This document shows positions 42,823 through 56,807 of a DNA stretch of 64,000 nucleotides, one piece after another. The number at the start of each line of letters is the position of its first letter. Position 1 is the stretch's first letter. The position numbers and the translations under genes were made by a program. Origin of the DNA: Eledone cirrhosa (Eukaryota); contig OZ024746.1 of the NCBI GenBank assembly GCA_964016885.1, forward strand, positions 6,324,001-6,388,000, in the 5' to 3' direction. The notes below the pieces were generated by a model that saw only the letters and a list, made by a program, of their open reading frames with translations, made no database searches and had not been told where the DNA came from.

Positions 42823-42865
42823 ATATTGGACTAGTTTCGATGTTGTTACATCTCATCAGCAATAT
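42823..42865 (-). ncRNA. Consensus minimal type I hammerhead ribozyme
   Basis: atattg-CTGATGA-GATG taacaa CATC-GAAA-CTAG-TC-caatat; perfect core, GUC triplet; in a TA-flanked element ~42530-42930. Confidence 0.9.
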
Positions 42866-43265
42866 CTTCCGGCCTTTCTAGAGAATCGTAAAAGCACATA
42901 TCGTTATATGCTTTTTCTATGAAAATTAGTATATACATATATATATATATATATATATCTGGTGTATCTCAAGCAATTTTAATTTTTCCTTTTCAATTCT
43001 TTTTCATTTCGTTTTATTCTTTTTCTTTTCCACTCCTTTTCATCTTATTTTATCCTAACAAACAATAAAACTTAGAACATATAATGTCTGCCGTTTTAAC
43101 AAGTTTTATCACGAACTTTTTCCAACTATGATATCTTCATCTTCCTTCTCTCCAACTTCCTGCACACTTCCCCCACGTCTAGCTTACCCCTCAGTACTCA
43201 CTTACGTAACACAATCCACCAGACACACACACACACACACATATATATATACACACATATATATA

Positions 43266-45134
43266 CCCTCAAAGGGTACAACCCGAGTAGTACAGACCGG
43301 GTCCGTAAACAACTAATCAACTTCTTCCGGGACTGGGGATTTAAAATCACCCTACAAACGTCCCTAACCCAAGTCAATTTCCCTTAACGTCGAAAATGAT
43401 CTGTACTTCCCATACAGGAAACCAAACAACAACCTGCACTACATCCACCACCACTCTGACCATCCTAGAAACATCACCAATAACCTGGTTAAAAACATCT
43501 CCCTCCGCATACCTCGTTTGTCCGCTAATGAGCAGATATTCGACGAACACACGCCTCATTGCAACCAGGCCCTCAAGTGGAGTCGCTTCCGGGAGGAAAT
43601 ATCCTTTTATCCAGCTTCCCTTAGCGGATCCAGCAGGCGACACCGCCGCTCACGCAACGTAACGTGGTTCAATCCTCCCCATAATGCCGAGGTGGCAACA
43701 CCTATCGGGAAAATCTCCTTTACACTCCTCGAAAAACACTTCCCACTACAACACCGCTACCACAACATAATCAACAAAAACACCATCAAACTCTCCTACA
43801 GCACCACACCTAACTTCGCACAAAACATTGTCTCCTCAAACAACAAAAAACTCAACCCATATGGAAGAAATATCCTAGACATCAGTGGAGAGCCGACCAG
43901 GAGGTGTAACTGCCCTGATAGATCTACTTCCCCCCTCAACAAGAAAATGCCGTGAACGTAACGTGATCTACCAGTGCAACGTGAGGACGGACACCTCCAA
44001 CAAAGTTTATATAGGATTAACCGCGTGTGACTTCAAGACCCGTCTCTACCAACACCGACATACTTTCCGAAACCCGGTCCGGCGACATGCACTACACTTT
44101 CGGGCCACATCTGGGACCTCCAAGATAATAATATAACCTACAATCTCACTTGGAGCTTACTGTCAAGAGCTAACTCTTACACGGGAGGACGCCGTCCGTG
44201 TAACTTATGCTCGGAGGAAACATTACAAATGCTGTTTTCGAAGGACCAACTCCTAAACAAGAAAGACGAACTGGTAACCACATGCAAACACAGATTGCGT
44301 AGGACTTACCTCGCCTTCAAACCCCATAACGACCCGGGTGGGTAGACAAGGGCTGATAACCCCCCACTTGCCGAATAAGTTAGGGGAAACCCCAGCTTAG
44401 ATAGGTAGATGTATCTCTTTTCTTTTCCTCTTTGTCTTCATCTTCCCCCTGTCTCATCATATCACTTCCTTCCACCCCCTATTTTCCTCCTCGTCTGCTT
44501 TTCCCCTTTCGCCTACCCCGATGCAGCCCATCGGGCCTCTGTAGCATCAGTTTCCCCACCCCTGTAATTTTAAGATAGAATTGGCCGAATACGTTTTACT
44601 AACTACTTATAGCAGATGTGTTAAAACCCCTTTAATTTTGTATCAGTTTTGTTACTACTCATTCTATAAGTTTTTTCTATTCTCAACTTATTAACCTGTA
44701 ATTGTAAGATAGCATTGTGATTTTTTTATTCATTTCTCACTATCTAATTTTATATATTTTTTTTATTTCTATTATCTTTTATTGTCTCCTACTCTCATTC
44801 GATTTACCTATTCTATAACCTCCCTCCCCCACTTCATACACTATCCTTAGAATTTGCTGTATACATATCACCTTCAACGCTTGACAGCTCCACTCACTCC
44901 CCTATTGTTCTACAGGCAAGTTCAGCCACCCCTACCTCCCACCAAATGCCATGATAGACTTATTTGTGTTTACAACAAATTTTAACCAATCCTCTTGACA
45001 ACTATAATCTTCCCATATAAGGAAGTACCCCCTTGACAAGTTCGGCTATTTATTCACCAGGCTAAAAATTCTAATTTAGTCCAGAAATAGCCGTCGAAAC
45101 GGCTTGAGCTCTGCCGTCGGGGTCATACTTTTTC

Positions 45135-45135
<1 letters not shown>
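43266..45135 (+). mobile_element. 5'-truncated Naiad-type Penelope-like element 1 (RT thumb + GIY-YIG)
   Basis: Frameshifted translation: GFKITL..VNF..YFPYRKPN..SDHP..WFNPP..KHFP..TIKLSYS..CNC..NVIY..VYIGLTACDFKTR..H..TTLSGHIWDL..CNLC..LLNKKDEL..CKH, stop at 44345; TA-rich flanks. Confidence 0.9.
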
Positions 45136-45226
<91 letters not shown>

Positions 45227-45229
45227 TTA

Positions 45230-45363
<134 letters not shown>

Positions 45364-45520
45364 TTCAAGAGTAACCAATCTTAAAGAGAGATGGAGATAG
45401 GAGTGGAGAGATTGGTGAATTAGTTAGAAGCCAAAGCGTAAAGGCTCAATGTGCAATATGCAGTGGAAAGCAGCTAGGTGGCTGGGTTCATGCAGAAGTT
45501 AGGCGCGCAGAGCTGGAATT

Positions 45521-46130
45521 ATTCATTAGTTAAGCAAAACAAGACCACGAATTTCACAAGGAAGACATTATTAAAAGATTGTCAACATATTTTAGTTTGA
45601 TGTAAGGAATGTAGGGAATAATAATGATAATATTAATAATAATAATGTCCGTTTACAATTGTTTCGCTACTCCATATAATATTTCTGGATCAAATGACTA
45701 TATATCATTATTGATCTGGTTCAGTTGAAAATAATTAACATATTTAAAGACAGAGCGGCTCATCGGAACTTCAAAGGAATATAAATTAAAATAAGGAAAG
45801 AATGTTACATAATCTAATGTTCCATATATTGGAAACACCATAGTGAAATACCAATATATGGAACATTACATTATATAACATTCTTTCCTTATTTTAATTT
45901 ATATTCCTTTGAAGTTCCGATGAGCCGCTCTGTCTTTAAATATGTTAATTATATATAGTCATTTGATCCAGAAATATTATATGGAGTAGCGAAACAATTG
46001 TAAACGGACATTATTATTATTAATATTATTATTATTATTCTCTACATTCCTTACATCAAACTAAAATATGTTGACAATCTTTTAATAATGTCTTCCTTCT
46101 GAAATTTGTGGTCTTGTTTTGCTTAACTAA

Positions 46131-46135
<5 letters not shown>
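45521..46135. mobile_element. ~610-bp fold-back element with long-loop HHR in each arm
   Basis: Arms ~45521-45832 / 45851-46135; gtt-CCGATGA-gccgctc...gagtagc-GAAA-CAATTG-TA-aac at 45914-46005; ends at (TA)n. Confidence 0.85.
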
Positions 46136-46225
<90 letters not shown>

Positions 46226-47131
46226 ATATGTGTGTGTATGTATATATATATATAATATGTGTGTGTGTGTGTGTGTGTTTGTAATAGAAAAAACGAGGAA
46301 GTTTCGTTTACATATGAAAAATATTTACTACACCGGTGTAACATTGAAACTACTACTTCGGCATAAAAAGACTTACTGAGGTCGATTTAATCAATCCCCC
46401 CCCCCCCTCCTAAACCCCCATTTACGTGCTCATGACCGAAATACTTGCCGAACCTTTTTCTAAACTGAAGTTGTACTTTTAATGTTATAATCCCGGTGTC
46501 ATATCTCGATAAGTTTCCGAATTCTTGCATCTATTAGGCTTTGTTCCTAGACCGATCAACTCACTAAATCAAAACATAAGGGATATCATAGATGTGTTGT
46601 AAGTGATATGTTTATTGTAAAGCTAAGAGTTCTGATATCATATTTCCTTTATCTTCTTGAGGTTTATAATTCTCTCTTTTTTATAATGTGGTCCTTCATA
46701 TATGATATCAATTTTCTTTAAGCTGTTTGCAATTCTTAGCACGATATATAAGCATTATTTGGTAAACTATTCCTGTTTGGAGGTAGGGTATGTTTTTTCT
46801 CGTCTTGTTACATTTGAATTCCACACTTTTCTTCCCAAGGTCTGTGGAATATTGGATAATGAGATAAGAATTATTTTCCGTATGATTAATACATGGTGCA
46901 TATAGCTTCAGATTACGATATATAGATGAGAGGTATTCCTGCATTCAAATTATCCATTTATATAAATGCTGTGTTTGAACAGTGTTTGTAAAAACTGTTA
47001 GGGTGAGCAGATATGATACCGTATTTAGTGAGACGTCAAGCAACAGTATTAATACAATAACTTGAAAGTTAAACATATGAAGATATTTAGTGTCAGATAT
47101 GATTTGTTTCTTATCGTCTCTGAGAAATAAC

Positions 47132-47316
47132 TGTTTCTACTTTGTGGCACAAGGCCAGCAATTGCCCAATGCATTACTGGTACTTTATTTTATCGACCCC
47201 GTAAGGATGAAAGGCAAAGTTAACCTCGGCGGGATTTGAACTCAGAATGGCAAGGGCCGTAACTCTATGCGTCAAAGCATGGCGTCCGATCCACCACCGA
47301 TACTGCCAATCCACCG
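47132..47316 (-). mobile_element. SINE family A with TSD
   Basis: TSD cgtctctgagaaataac. Confidence 0.9.
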
Positions 47317-47859
47317 TCTCTGAGAAATAACGTAGTAAGTGTTGCTTAGGTGCTAAATACCAACCACCTGTTGAATACCAGTGATTGTAACATTTTGGCT
47401 ATTTATTATGCTTTCATAATTCAACTTTGTGACTATCAATGGCTTTTTCACACTTCAGTTACTCTGCAATGAAGGTTTTGCAAATATGTAACGCTTATCT
47501 TTTTGTTGATTTGTGGTTGCCGATATATAGTAGTAGTAACCGCATTTTATGGCAAGACCTCGATGGCAAGAAATCGATGATACGATTTAACATCGACAAC
47601 GAGGAAGGGTTTGTAACTTGATAGATGTAATGTCGTTCTTCAAAGAAACATTTGAAGGATTCTCCTAATTCTGTCAATACACCCAAATAACATGAGATGT
47701 ATGCAGAACAATATAGAAAATTAGATTTAAGGCATACAATTTAAACCTTATAACCTAAACTACAACAGCTGACAGAGAAACTCACTCACAGTTGGAAACT
47801 AAAATATATATTTGCGTATGATAAATGTTTAGCAACATTGTTGACAGTACAGTAGAATG

Positions 47860-48270
47860 CTTCGTGAGTGTCTGCGCAGCCCTCTCAAGCGTAGCACTGC
47901 TCACTCAGAAAACTGGGAAGGGTCTAGAAAAGCAGCCTAAACAAATATCTGCTCAATCTCCGAGGTGCACAGCAACCTACGGTTGGCGGCTGTTTACAAT
48001 AGCAGGAGAAAACACGAAGAAAAAAATACACAAGCGAGAAATACAAAAAAAAGGTGGTAACGTGAAATGCCATTTCATTTCTTGATCTCGAAATATGAAA
48101 GACCTATGAATGGCTAACGGCCATAGTAGCAAGATTTGGCTAAGTACAACATTGATATTGCTGCATTATCAGAGACCCGTTTGAATGATGAATATCAGTT
48201 GACAGGAAAAGGTGCTGGATATACCATCTTCCGGAAGAGTAAGCCAAAGGGGGAAAAACGGTAGGGAGTG
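47860..48270 (+). mobile_element. RTE/BovB-like LINE 5' fragment (APE endonuclease N-terminus)
   Basis: LAKYNIDIAALSETRLNDEYQLTGKGAGYTIF at ~48136-48232. Confidence 0.8.
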
Positions 48271-48348
48271 TATGTATGTATGTATGTATGTATGTATGTA
48301 TGTATGTATGTATGTATGTATGTATGTATGTATGTATGTATGTATATA

Positions 48349-49064
48349 TGTCAGGTCACCAGTTGGTGCTACTGGTAACATGTATCCCAGTACAACCTGT
48401 CTCATGGTCGGGTCGTTGGCGACTAAACTGGCAACCCCACCAAGGTTTCTTGGTGAGGAGGGTGACTTTGGACATCCTGCAGGACTAAAAACAAAACCTG
48501 TCAAAGGGCAAAGGAGCTCTGAAGAGTCAATGGCCATCCAAAATCACCGGGAGAGATGACCCCTTAGCCTTTGTCAAGGCAGAATTCTAGGAGAAGGAAA
48601 ACTCTGATATAACACCTGCAACCCTGATGGTATCCAATGATGTTGACTTGTTCTTCTTTTTGGTAAATATCATCTTGGTTAAGAGAGTGGGACTGGCTTT
48701 GTGCAGTGCCTTTGCTCACTATAAAAGCTTCACAGCACAGGCATTGCTTTATATCTGGAGATCTCTCTGCACTTGTCGTCACATGGTACCATGGGCCCAG
48801 CACTATGTGTCAATAATTGTCACAGGTGTAGTGTTTGTACCAGAGTTTTCAAGTCGCTGGACTAAAAAGTCACACTCGTTCAGCGCACCGGTAGGGGTTC
48901 TCCTACATGGATATAAATTAGTGGCCGTACTCGAAAACGAGTTGGCAGCCACCATATATATATATATATGTGTGTATGTATGTATGTATGTATATATGTT
49001 TATATGTATATGTATGTATGTGTGTATGTATGTATGTATGTATGTTTATATATGTATGTATATG

Positions 49065-49100
<36 letters not shown>

Positions 49101-50904
49101 TGTATGTATGTATGTATGTATGTATGTGTGTGTGTGTATATGTATATATGTTATGTCAGGTCACCAGTTGGTGCTACTGGTAACATGTATCCCAGTACAA
49201 CCAGTCTCATGGTCAGGTCGTTGGCGACTAAACTGGCAACCCCACCAAGGTTTCTTGGTGAGGAGGGTGACTTTGGACATCCTGCAGGACTAAAAACAAA
49301 ACCTGTCAAAGGGCAAAGGAGCTCTTAAGAGTCACTGGCCATCCAAAATCACTGGGAGAGATGACCCCTTAGCCTTTGTCAAGGCAGAATTCTAGGAGAA
49401 GGAAAACTCTGATATAGCACCTGCAACCCTGATGGTATCCAATGATGTTGACTTGTTCTTCTTTTTGGTAAATATCATCTTGGTTAAGAGAGTGGGACTG
49501 GCTTTGTGCAGTGCCTTTGCTCACTATAAAAGCTTCACGGCACAGGCATTGCTTTATATCTGGAGATCTCTCTGCACTTGTCATCACATGGTACCATCGG
49601 CCCAGCACTATGTGTCAATAATTGTCACAGGTGTAGCGTTTGTACCTACCAGAGTTTTCAAGTCGCTGGCTGGACTAAAAATTCACACTCGTTCAGCACA
49701 TCGGTAGGGGTTCTCCTACATATAAAGTAGTGGCCGTACTTGAAAACGAGTTGGCAGCCACCATATATATATATGTGTATATATATATGTATGTGTATAT
49801 ATGTGTATATGTATGTGTATATGTATATATATATGTATATATATGTATATATATATATGTATATGTATGTATGTGTATATGTATATATATGTGTGTGTAT
49901 ATGTATGTATGTGTATATATATATATGTATATGTATATATATGTATGTATATATGTATGTGTATATGTATGTATATGTATATATATATATGTATATATGT
50001 ATATGTATATGTATATATATATATATGTGTATATATATATGTGTATATGTGTGTGTGTATATATATGTGTATATGTATATGTATATATGTATGTATATGT
50101 GTATGTATGTGTGTGTATATATGTGTGTATATATGTGTATATATATATGTATATGTGTGTATATATATATGTATATATGTGTATATATGTGTGTATGTGT
50201 GTGTATATATGTATATATATATGTATATATATATGTATGTGTATATATGTATGTGTATGTGTATATATATGTGTATATATATATGTATATATATATGTCA
50301 GGTCACCAGTTGGTGCTACTGGTAACATGTATCCCAGTACAACCTGTCCCATGGTCGGGTCGTTGGCGACTAAACTGGCAACCCCACCAAGGTTTCTTGG
50401 TGAGGAGGGTGACTTTGGACATCCTGCAGGACTAAAAACAAAACCTGTCAAAGGGCAAAGGAGCTCTTAAGAGTCAATGGCCATCCAAAATCACCGGGAG
50501 AGATGACCCCTTAGCCTTTGTCAAGGCAGATATCTAGGAGAAGGAAAACTCTGATATAACACCTGCAACCCTGATGGTATCCAATGATGTTGACTTGTTC
50601 TTCTTTTTGGTAAATATCATCTTGGTTAAGAGAGTGGGACTGGCTTTGTGCAGTGCCTTTGCTCACTATAAAAGCTTCACGGCACAGGCATTGCTTTATA
50701 TCTGGAGATCTCTCTGCACTTGTCGTCACATGGTACCATGGGCCCAGCACTATGTGTCAGTAATTGTCACAAGTGTAGTGTTTGTACCAGAGTTTTCAAG
50801 TCGCTGGCTGGACTAAAAAGTCACACTCGTTCAGCGCATCGGTAGGGGTTCTCCTACATGGATATAAAGTAGTGGCCGTACTCGAAAACGAGTTGGCAGC
50901 CACC
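48349..50904 (+). mobile_element. Three head-to-tail copies of a ~605-bp non-autonomous RTE-derived element
   Basis: Units 48349-48953, 49154-49762, 50296-50904 separated by TA/TATG tracts; each ends with a C2H2 remnant [22 protein letters not shown] and an actcg aaaa cgagt stem-loop. Confidence 0.8.
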
Positions 50905-50971
50905 ATGTATGTATGTATGTATGTATGTATATATGTATGAATATATGTAAATATGTATGTATATATGTATG

Positions 50972-51310
50972 TCTTCTGGTTTTATAATTTCATAAATGTT
51001 TACCAATAGAGAGAGTCAGTTTCTAACAGTTATAAGACTCTCTCGTTGGAATTTACACATCAACTAGGTAGATATGTATGTATGTCTACATGCATGTATA
51101 GGTATCGATGTTATTGTATGTGTTGATGTGTATGTTTTGAGTTGTATGTGTGCATGTGTATATGCTTAGTATCTGTACATGTGTATATGCAGTTATTAGA
51201 TGCAAAATATTTGGAATGTTTTACATATTTTTACTGTTCCATTAATGGATTGTACTTGTAATTTCCTAACTAGTTGTATTCTTTCTGTTCCTGTGAAGCC
51301 CAGCTTCTCA
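50972..51310 (-). mobile_element. Short 3' fragment of the 56917-60500 R4/Dong family
   Basis: Matches the 3' UTR and ORF end; (TATG)n on both sides. Confidence 0.85.
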
Positions 51311-51391
51311 ATATGTATGTATGCATGTATGTATGCATTTATGTAAGTATGTATGAACGTGTGTATATATATATGTATATAATTACATATT

Positions 51392-51434
<43 letters not shown>

Positions 51435-51438
<4 letters not shown>

Positions 51439-51648
51439 AAGTATGACCCCGACGGCAGAGCTCAAGCCGTTTCGACGGCTATTTCTGGACTAAGTCTATT
51501 TCTGGACTTAGTTCAGAAATAGCCGTCGTAACGGCTTGAGCTCTGCCGTCGGGGTCATACTTTTTCCTATTTCCCACTCTACTACTCTAAGTATTGAGTA
51601 CTCTGGTGCGTTATGGTCCATCTGGTTCCTTACCACAATTCCTTTGTT
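51435..51648. mobile_element. Fold-back mini-element (Naiad-1 end family)
   Basis: Same arms with a longer centre; (TA)n flanks. Confidence 0.85.
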
Positions 51649-51661
51649 ATATATATCTATA

Positions 51662-51732
<71 letters not shown>

Positions 51733-52697
51733 ATATGTATATATGTATGATGTATATGTGTTTATATGTACGTAAGTGTATTTATACATCATTAATTATG
51801 TTAATATGTAGAGATTTAGAGAGATGTTCTAATTGGAAATGTGTTTATTATGATTGACTGAAGACAGATATTCAAATCCTCAGGTAAATCCAAATATTTA
51901 GAGAATCGAATATTATCATTAGATGCGAATAGAAAATATTAAAAGAACATTTAATTTCACATTCGCGGAATAGAGGAAATATGTGATTTAATTAGTTTGC
52001 CCACATTCTATGCTTCACTGGTTCCTTTCCAATCTTTACATTCAGGAAATATCGTCTGGAAAAATTATTAATCTTTACTCTTCCAAAAATATGATCTACT
52101 GGATAGTTATTGAATTATAAAAATTGTATGATATCTCTTCGTTTAGAATCTCTTTCTTTATATTATCGAAGGAACATAACAGGTGATATGTAGAAACATG
52201 AGAACGAAAGAATAATATGAATAAAATCATAGTTAAAAGATTGCGACGATCACGTCATCGATTTTTCTCGTTTTCACTAATGATAAATAATATCTTAAGT
52301 TTTCAAGGATTAACACAGAAGAGTGGATTTATTTTGTCACTAACAAGCCAGTAGGGAACGTTAAACTAATTATTCTAAAATTAAGAAAGATCTGTTTATT
52401 ACAGCTACAAATTTATCTACGGGAGGTTTTCCTATAAACAGCTTGGTAGAATGGACAAGTAAATTTAAATGTATTGACTCTATCTGTTGCTCACTACTGA
52501 TGCTATGGTACACAGCAGCTACAAAATAATGTTGTCCATTTGCAGTTATATAACGGCAAATATTGTGGTTCAATAAAACTTCAAAGTAATATACTTAAAA
52601 GAAATATTTCTGAAGAGAGTAAGCAGGATTTTTTATGGAGAGGAAATATATGCATGGTCCCGTAACTCCTGAGAGGATTCTGGGGGCGTCGATTTTC

Positions 52698-52980
52698 ATA
52701 CGGTACAGCCCATTCCGGGCCTGAATGGGCTGTACCGTATTGACATACGGTACAGCCCATTCCAGGCCTGAATGCAGCAGATTTCTTCCAAAGAAGGAAA
52801 GAGAAAGTGATAAAGAGATATAGAGGAGGAATCGACCCCCAGTACACGACTGGTACTTTTTCTATCGACCTCGAATGGATAAAAGGTAAAGTTGACCTCA
52901 GTGAGATTTGAACTCAGAGGACAGAAAGTTGAAAGTTGAAACAAAAATCATTCTATCTGACGTTCTAACCACTCTGCCAT
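52698..52980 (-). mobile_element. Long-tailed SINE A variant ending in an inverted triplication
   Basis: Core related to family A; similar variants at 33780-33925(+), 53880-54095, 60845-61110. Confidence 0.7.
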
Positions 52981-54677
52981 CAAATATATATTAACGATAT
53001 ATAAACTATGGAGACACCCTCAGCTGTTGTTAGTTCAAATAATACGATGCTTGTCCTTTGTCAATTCATAGTAATATGTTTTTAATCTCAAAAATTTATA
53101 TAATTATGTTTCATCCTTAAAAAATACTTTCATACATAATAACATTAGTTTTGTTAGATGTATCTCTCTGCTGTGTATAACTACGTACATGTATTACTTG
53201 GTGTATTTGATCACCGTGTACAAAAGCGCGAAAAGGTAAGCTATTAGCAGATGGAGATTAACAAAAAAGCTAAATGCTTCAAATTACTTGACATGAAAGA
53301 AAACAATTAAGATAATTAACCAACCAAAACATATCACCTCCAAATAAACAGGAAAGAAAAATAAATGATTTCAAATCGATAAAATCGACACAGATGCCCC
53401 TTCTAGTCACTGTAATTTGGTGAGGAATAATCAACATAGAGTTGCTTGAGAATTATTGAGTTGTTACAGGGGAGCATCGTATTTATGGAAATAAACATAG
53501 GATAGACTCATTTATATAAGGAAAGAGATTGTCACATAAGACACTATGTTTTGTTTTTTGCTTCTATTTTACGTGAAGTACTTTTCCCCTTTTATATAAT
53601 AAATTGAGATATCTACTAAATCTATCTTCTGAAAATACTGTAATACTGTTGCAGTAAAGAAACCGACTAAATGACATGAATTATTTATGTTTATTTAAGC
53701 TCTGAGTTGGATTCCTGTGAGAACTGGCTCTGTCTTTCATTGAATGAAAATACTATCATATTCTGTATTTGTGTATGAATCCTAGATGAGTTGTAGTGGG
53801 GTCGTAGCAACATGCAGGAATTTCCAGGGCATTTTAAATCCTGGTGGCGCCAATCCGCTCTCTAGATCTGAACATTGTCAATTACCTCCTGAGAAGAAGA
53901 AAAATATTTTAGAGAGGAAGTGAGAAAGGGATATGAGGGAAAATGGACCCCAGTGTTGGGCTGCTACTTTATTTATCGACCACAGAATTTTGAAAGGCAG
54001 AGTTAACCTCAGATATAAACTCAGATCGTTGAGAGCCAGAAGGAATATCACAAAGCATTCTATCCGAAGTTCTAACAACTCTGCCAATTCACCTCCTTAC
54101 ATCATATATTAAGTTTTATTAAATCAACACCCTCTACAGTTATAGATTATGGGCTTGTATCAATATAAGAAATTAATAGTATTGCATATATTGTTTACAT
54201 TAGCAAATATAAATATGTAAATACCTGCTCCAAACCTGAACTAAAACTTCCCCCAGAACATTTTGTTTTAAGTTGGAAGAAGTTTCCAACTTACGTATGA
54301 GTTTTCCTGTAAATCCTATAAAAGTTGGTTTTAAAAAATGACCCCCCCCCCCCTTCCTCTATATAATGTAACAAATATCACTTTATATATCTATTAATTA
54401 TTTTCGTGATTCTACAATCTCACTTATATATATATAGTTTATAGTGAAATTTATCTTTAACCTGTCAAGTCTCACACCATTGGTGTCTGGTAATCTGATG
54501 AAGTCCGTCGGCTGAAACTGAAGCAACGGGGGTAGTGACCCTGTTTAAAGAAACTCTACACTCTACATCATAGACTGCGTGCTTCTCCCTGTGAGACCTT
54601 CCTAAGAAGTAACGTTCGAACAGTATATATATATACACACACATATATATATATATATATACTGAACGTTCTCTACA

Positions 54678-54731
<54 letters not shown>

Positions 54732-54848
54732 GTAAAAGTTCTATTTAAATTGTTGGGATACAACAAGCAAATATTTTTATAACTCAACAAATATTTGGAG
54801 TAAAAATACGATATTAACAAATGGAAACTATATTTATAAAACCATATT

Positions 54849-54913
54849 TATTTCATTATACATATTTCAAGTACACCAAGTTAAATTATGGTGTGCTTTC
54901 ATCAGATAAAATA
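54849..54913 (-). ncRNA. Type I hammerhead ribozyme (Naiad-2 end family)
   Basis: tattttat-CTGATGA-aagcacacca taatttaact tggtgtactt-GAAA-TATGTA-TA-atgaaata. Confidence 0.8.
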
Positions 54914-56807
54914 TAATATAGAGCAGTTTTATAGATAAATATTGACATACTCTTAAAGAATGCAACCATTAAAAATAAATCAGTAAATATATTGCTGGAA
55001 TTTAATGAATCATATACGACGAGGAAGCCCTTTAAGGTTTTAATAACAAATCCAGAAGTATGGAATCAAACCATTTTAGTGTAATTAGATAATTCAGCTA
55101 TTACATTTACTTTTGATATTCTGCAATATAAATCTCTCTATAAAATAAACTTTACAACATTTATTTTATACATTCATTGTATATTTATATATATTTAATT
55201 TTATTAATACATTTTTGGATTTGTGTGATGTCTCTATAAAGGAAAAACTTATATTATGAAATATAAAAAAAATACCTCATAGGGTAAGAAATAAATATAT
55301 TTATAACCTGAATATATGGGGATCAGTTATTTAGGAAAAAAAGATAACTAGAATTACAATATATTGTTCATGATGTTCAACCTCACATTTATTTTGTATT
55401 TATTTAAAGTTTAAAAACCCTAAATGCAATGCCGTTAAAATATAATGTATAATTCAAAGTTAAAACAAACAAAATTATAGGAATCTCAAACATGGAAGTA
55501 GCTGTAAAATAGCCAGCTACTATTATGCATAGCAAAAACATCGGGTAAGAATATTACCTTTTATGAGTGGAGGAACGGTCAGAGAAGAAGGGAGAGAGGG
55601 AGAGAATGAAAGAAACAGAGTCTCAAACATGTGAGGAGAAATCGGAGCTGTGATCTCCTAATTCAGAAAAGTAGCGGCTCTACCTGGAGTGACTCTGATC
55701 TCCCTCCAAGCTACAAATCTGTCCAGTGATTCTTTCCTGACACCTTCTAACCACATACCCATAGTATCGGAGCTGTGATCTCTCAATTCGGAGAATTAGC
55801 GGCTCTACCAAAAATAGATTCAGAACCATAGTATTAGTCCCTAGATTCTTTGACAACAATATGATAGTTGTGATCATATTTGTTGAGGGAGTTAATTGTG
55901 AATATTGATAAACATGGAAATTGAAGACGGAAACGCGTTTTGCTTGACAACATAATTCATTTTGTCATAACCATTTTTAACATAGACACACGGTCATATT
56001 TAAGAGAAAGAATTATACGATCGAATTGACCAAGTAATTATCTGGTCCTTTATTTTATCTAATCTGGTCCTTTATTTTATCTACTCTGAAAGGATAAACA
56101 GTAAGGCTGATTAATCGCGGCGGGGTTAGAGCGAAGAATTTATGAAGTTGGAACAAACAGTGTAAAACGTATTTTCTGACAGTCATAATGAAATTATCTG
56201 CTAAACTTAAACATCTAAACTTACAAATATATCGACGCAATAGTCCTGTATAAGCTTCGTTTATGTCATCGGAAAATTGTGTCTGATGACCTGAATGGGT
56301 TTGTGTAGCAAACCTGACTTCCGCTAAAGTATAACCATTTATCAAGAGCTTTAATAATGAAATATCACACATTATTTGAAATAATTCTGAGAGTGTTATC
56401 CGCTATCATATATGAGAAATGTATGTAGCTAGTAGAAAGACGTGGACATGCAACATGATACTTAGGCATATTACCTGTGATGGTACTAAAATGTTTCTAA
56501 TAGAAGTTGGACCTGTGTAATGGAATGATATAAATACATGTGGAAGAGTTTACGTTTGATATGGATAGACAAGTGTTAAGGTCCAGTCATTAATTTACAC
56601 TTAGGTTCAAAATTGAAGATTGTAATACGCTCCTAAATTAGACACAATATGCCTTCACGTATTAGCAAATATATTCTTTTTTTCATTAATGTTGGGGAGA
56701 GGGGGGCATATTATTAAAGCTTTGCATTCTTTTCGTTTAACACTTCAGATTGACATTATTTTTCACAGCTGGTGATTAGATCTGTTTTGGTCCTGTTATA
56801 GACACAT

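Noticed and set aside
40088-44345. Selenocysteine recoding, as known for some Naiad PLEs
   Set aside because: Cys positions are TGC/TGT or missense (TAC, TCC); in-frame stops seen are TAA/TAG or frameshift-derived, not UGA at Cys sites
46440-47690. Decayed PLE on the minus strand (QTGIVYQI motif)
   Set aside because: Single weak motif, too degraded to call
49693-50470. Long YI/CV/HT-rich ORFs here and at ~10, 13, 29, 45 and 51 kb
   Set aside because: Translations of dinucleotide microsatellites
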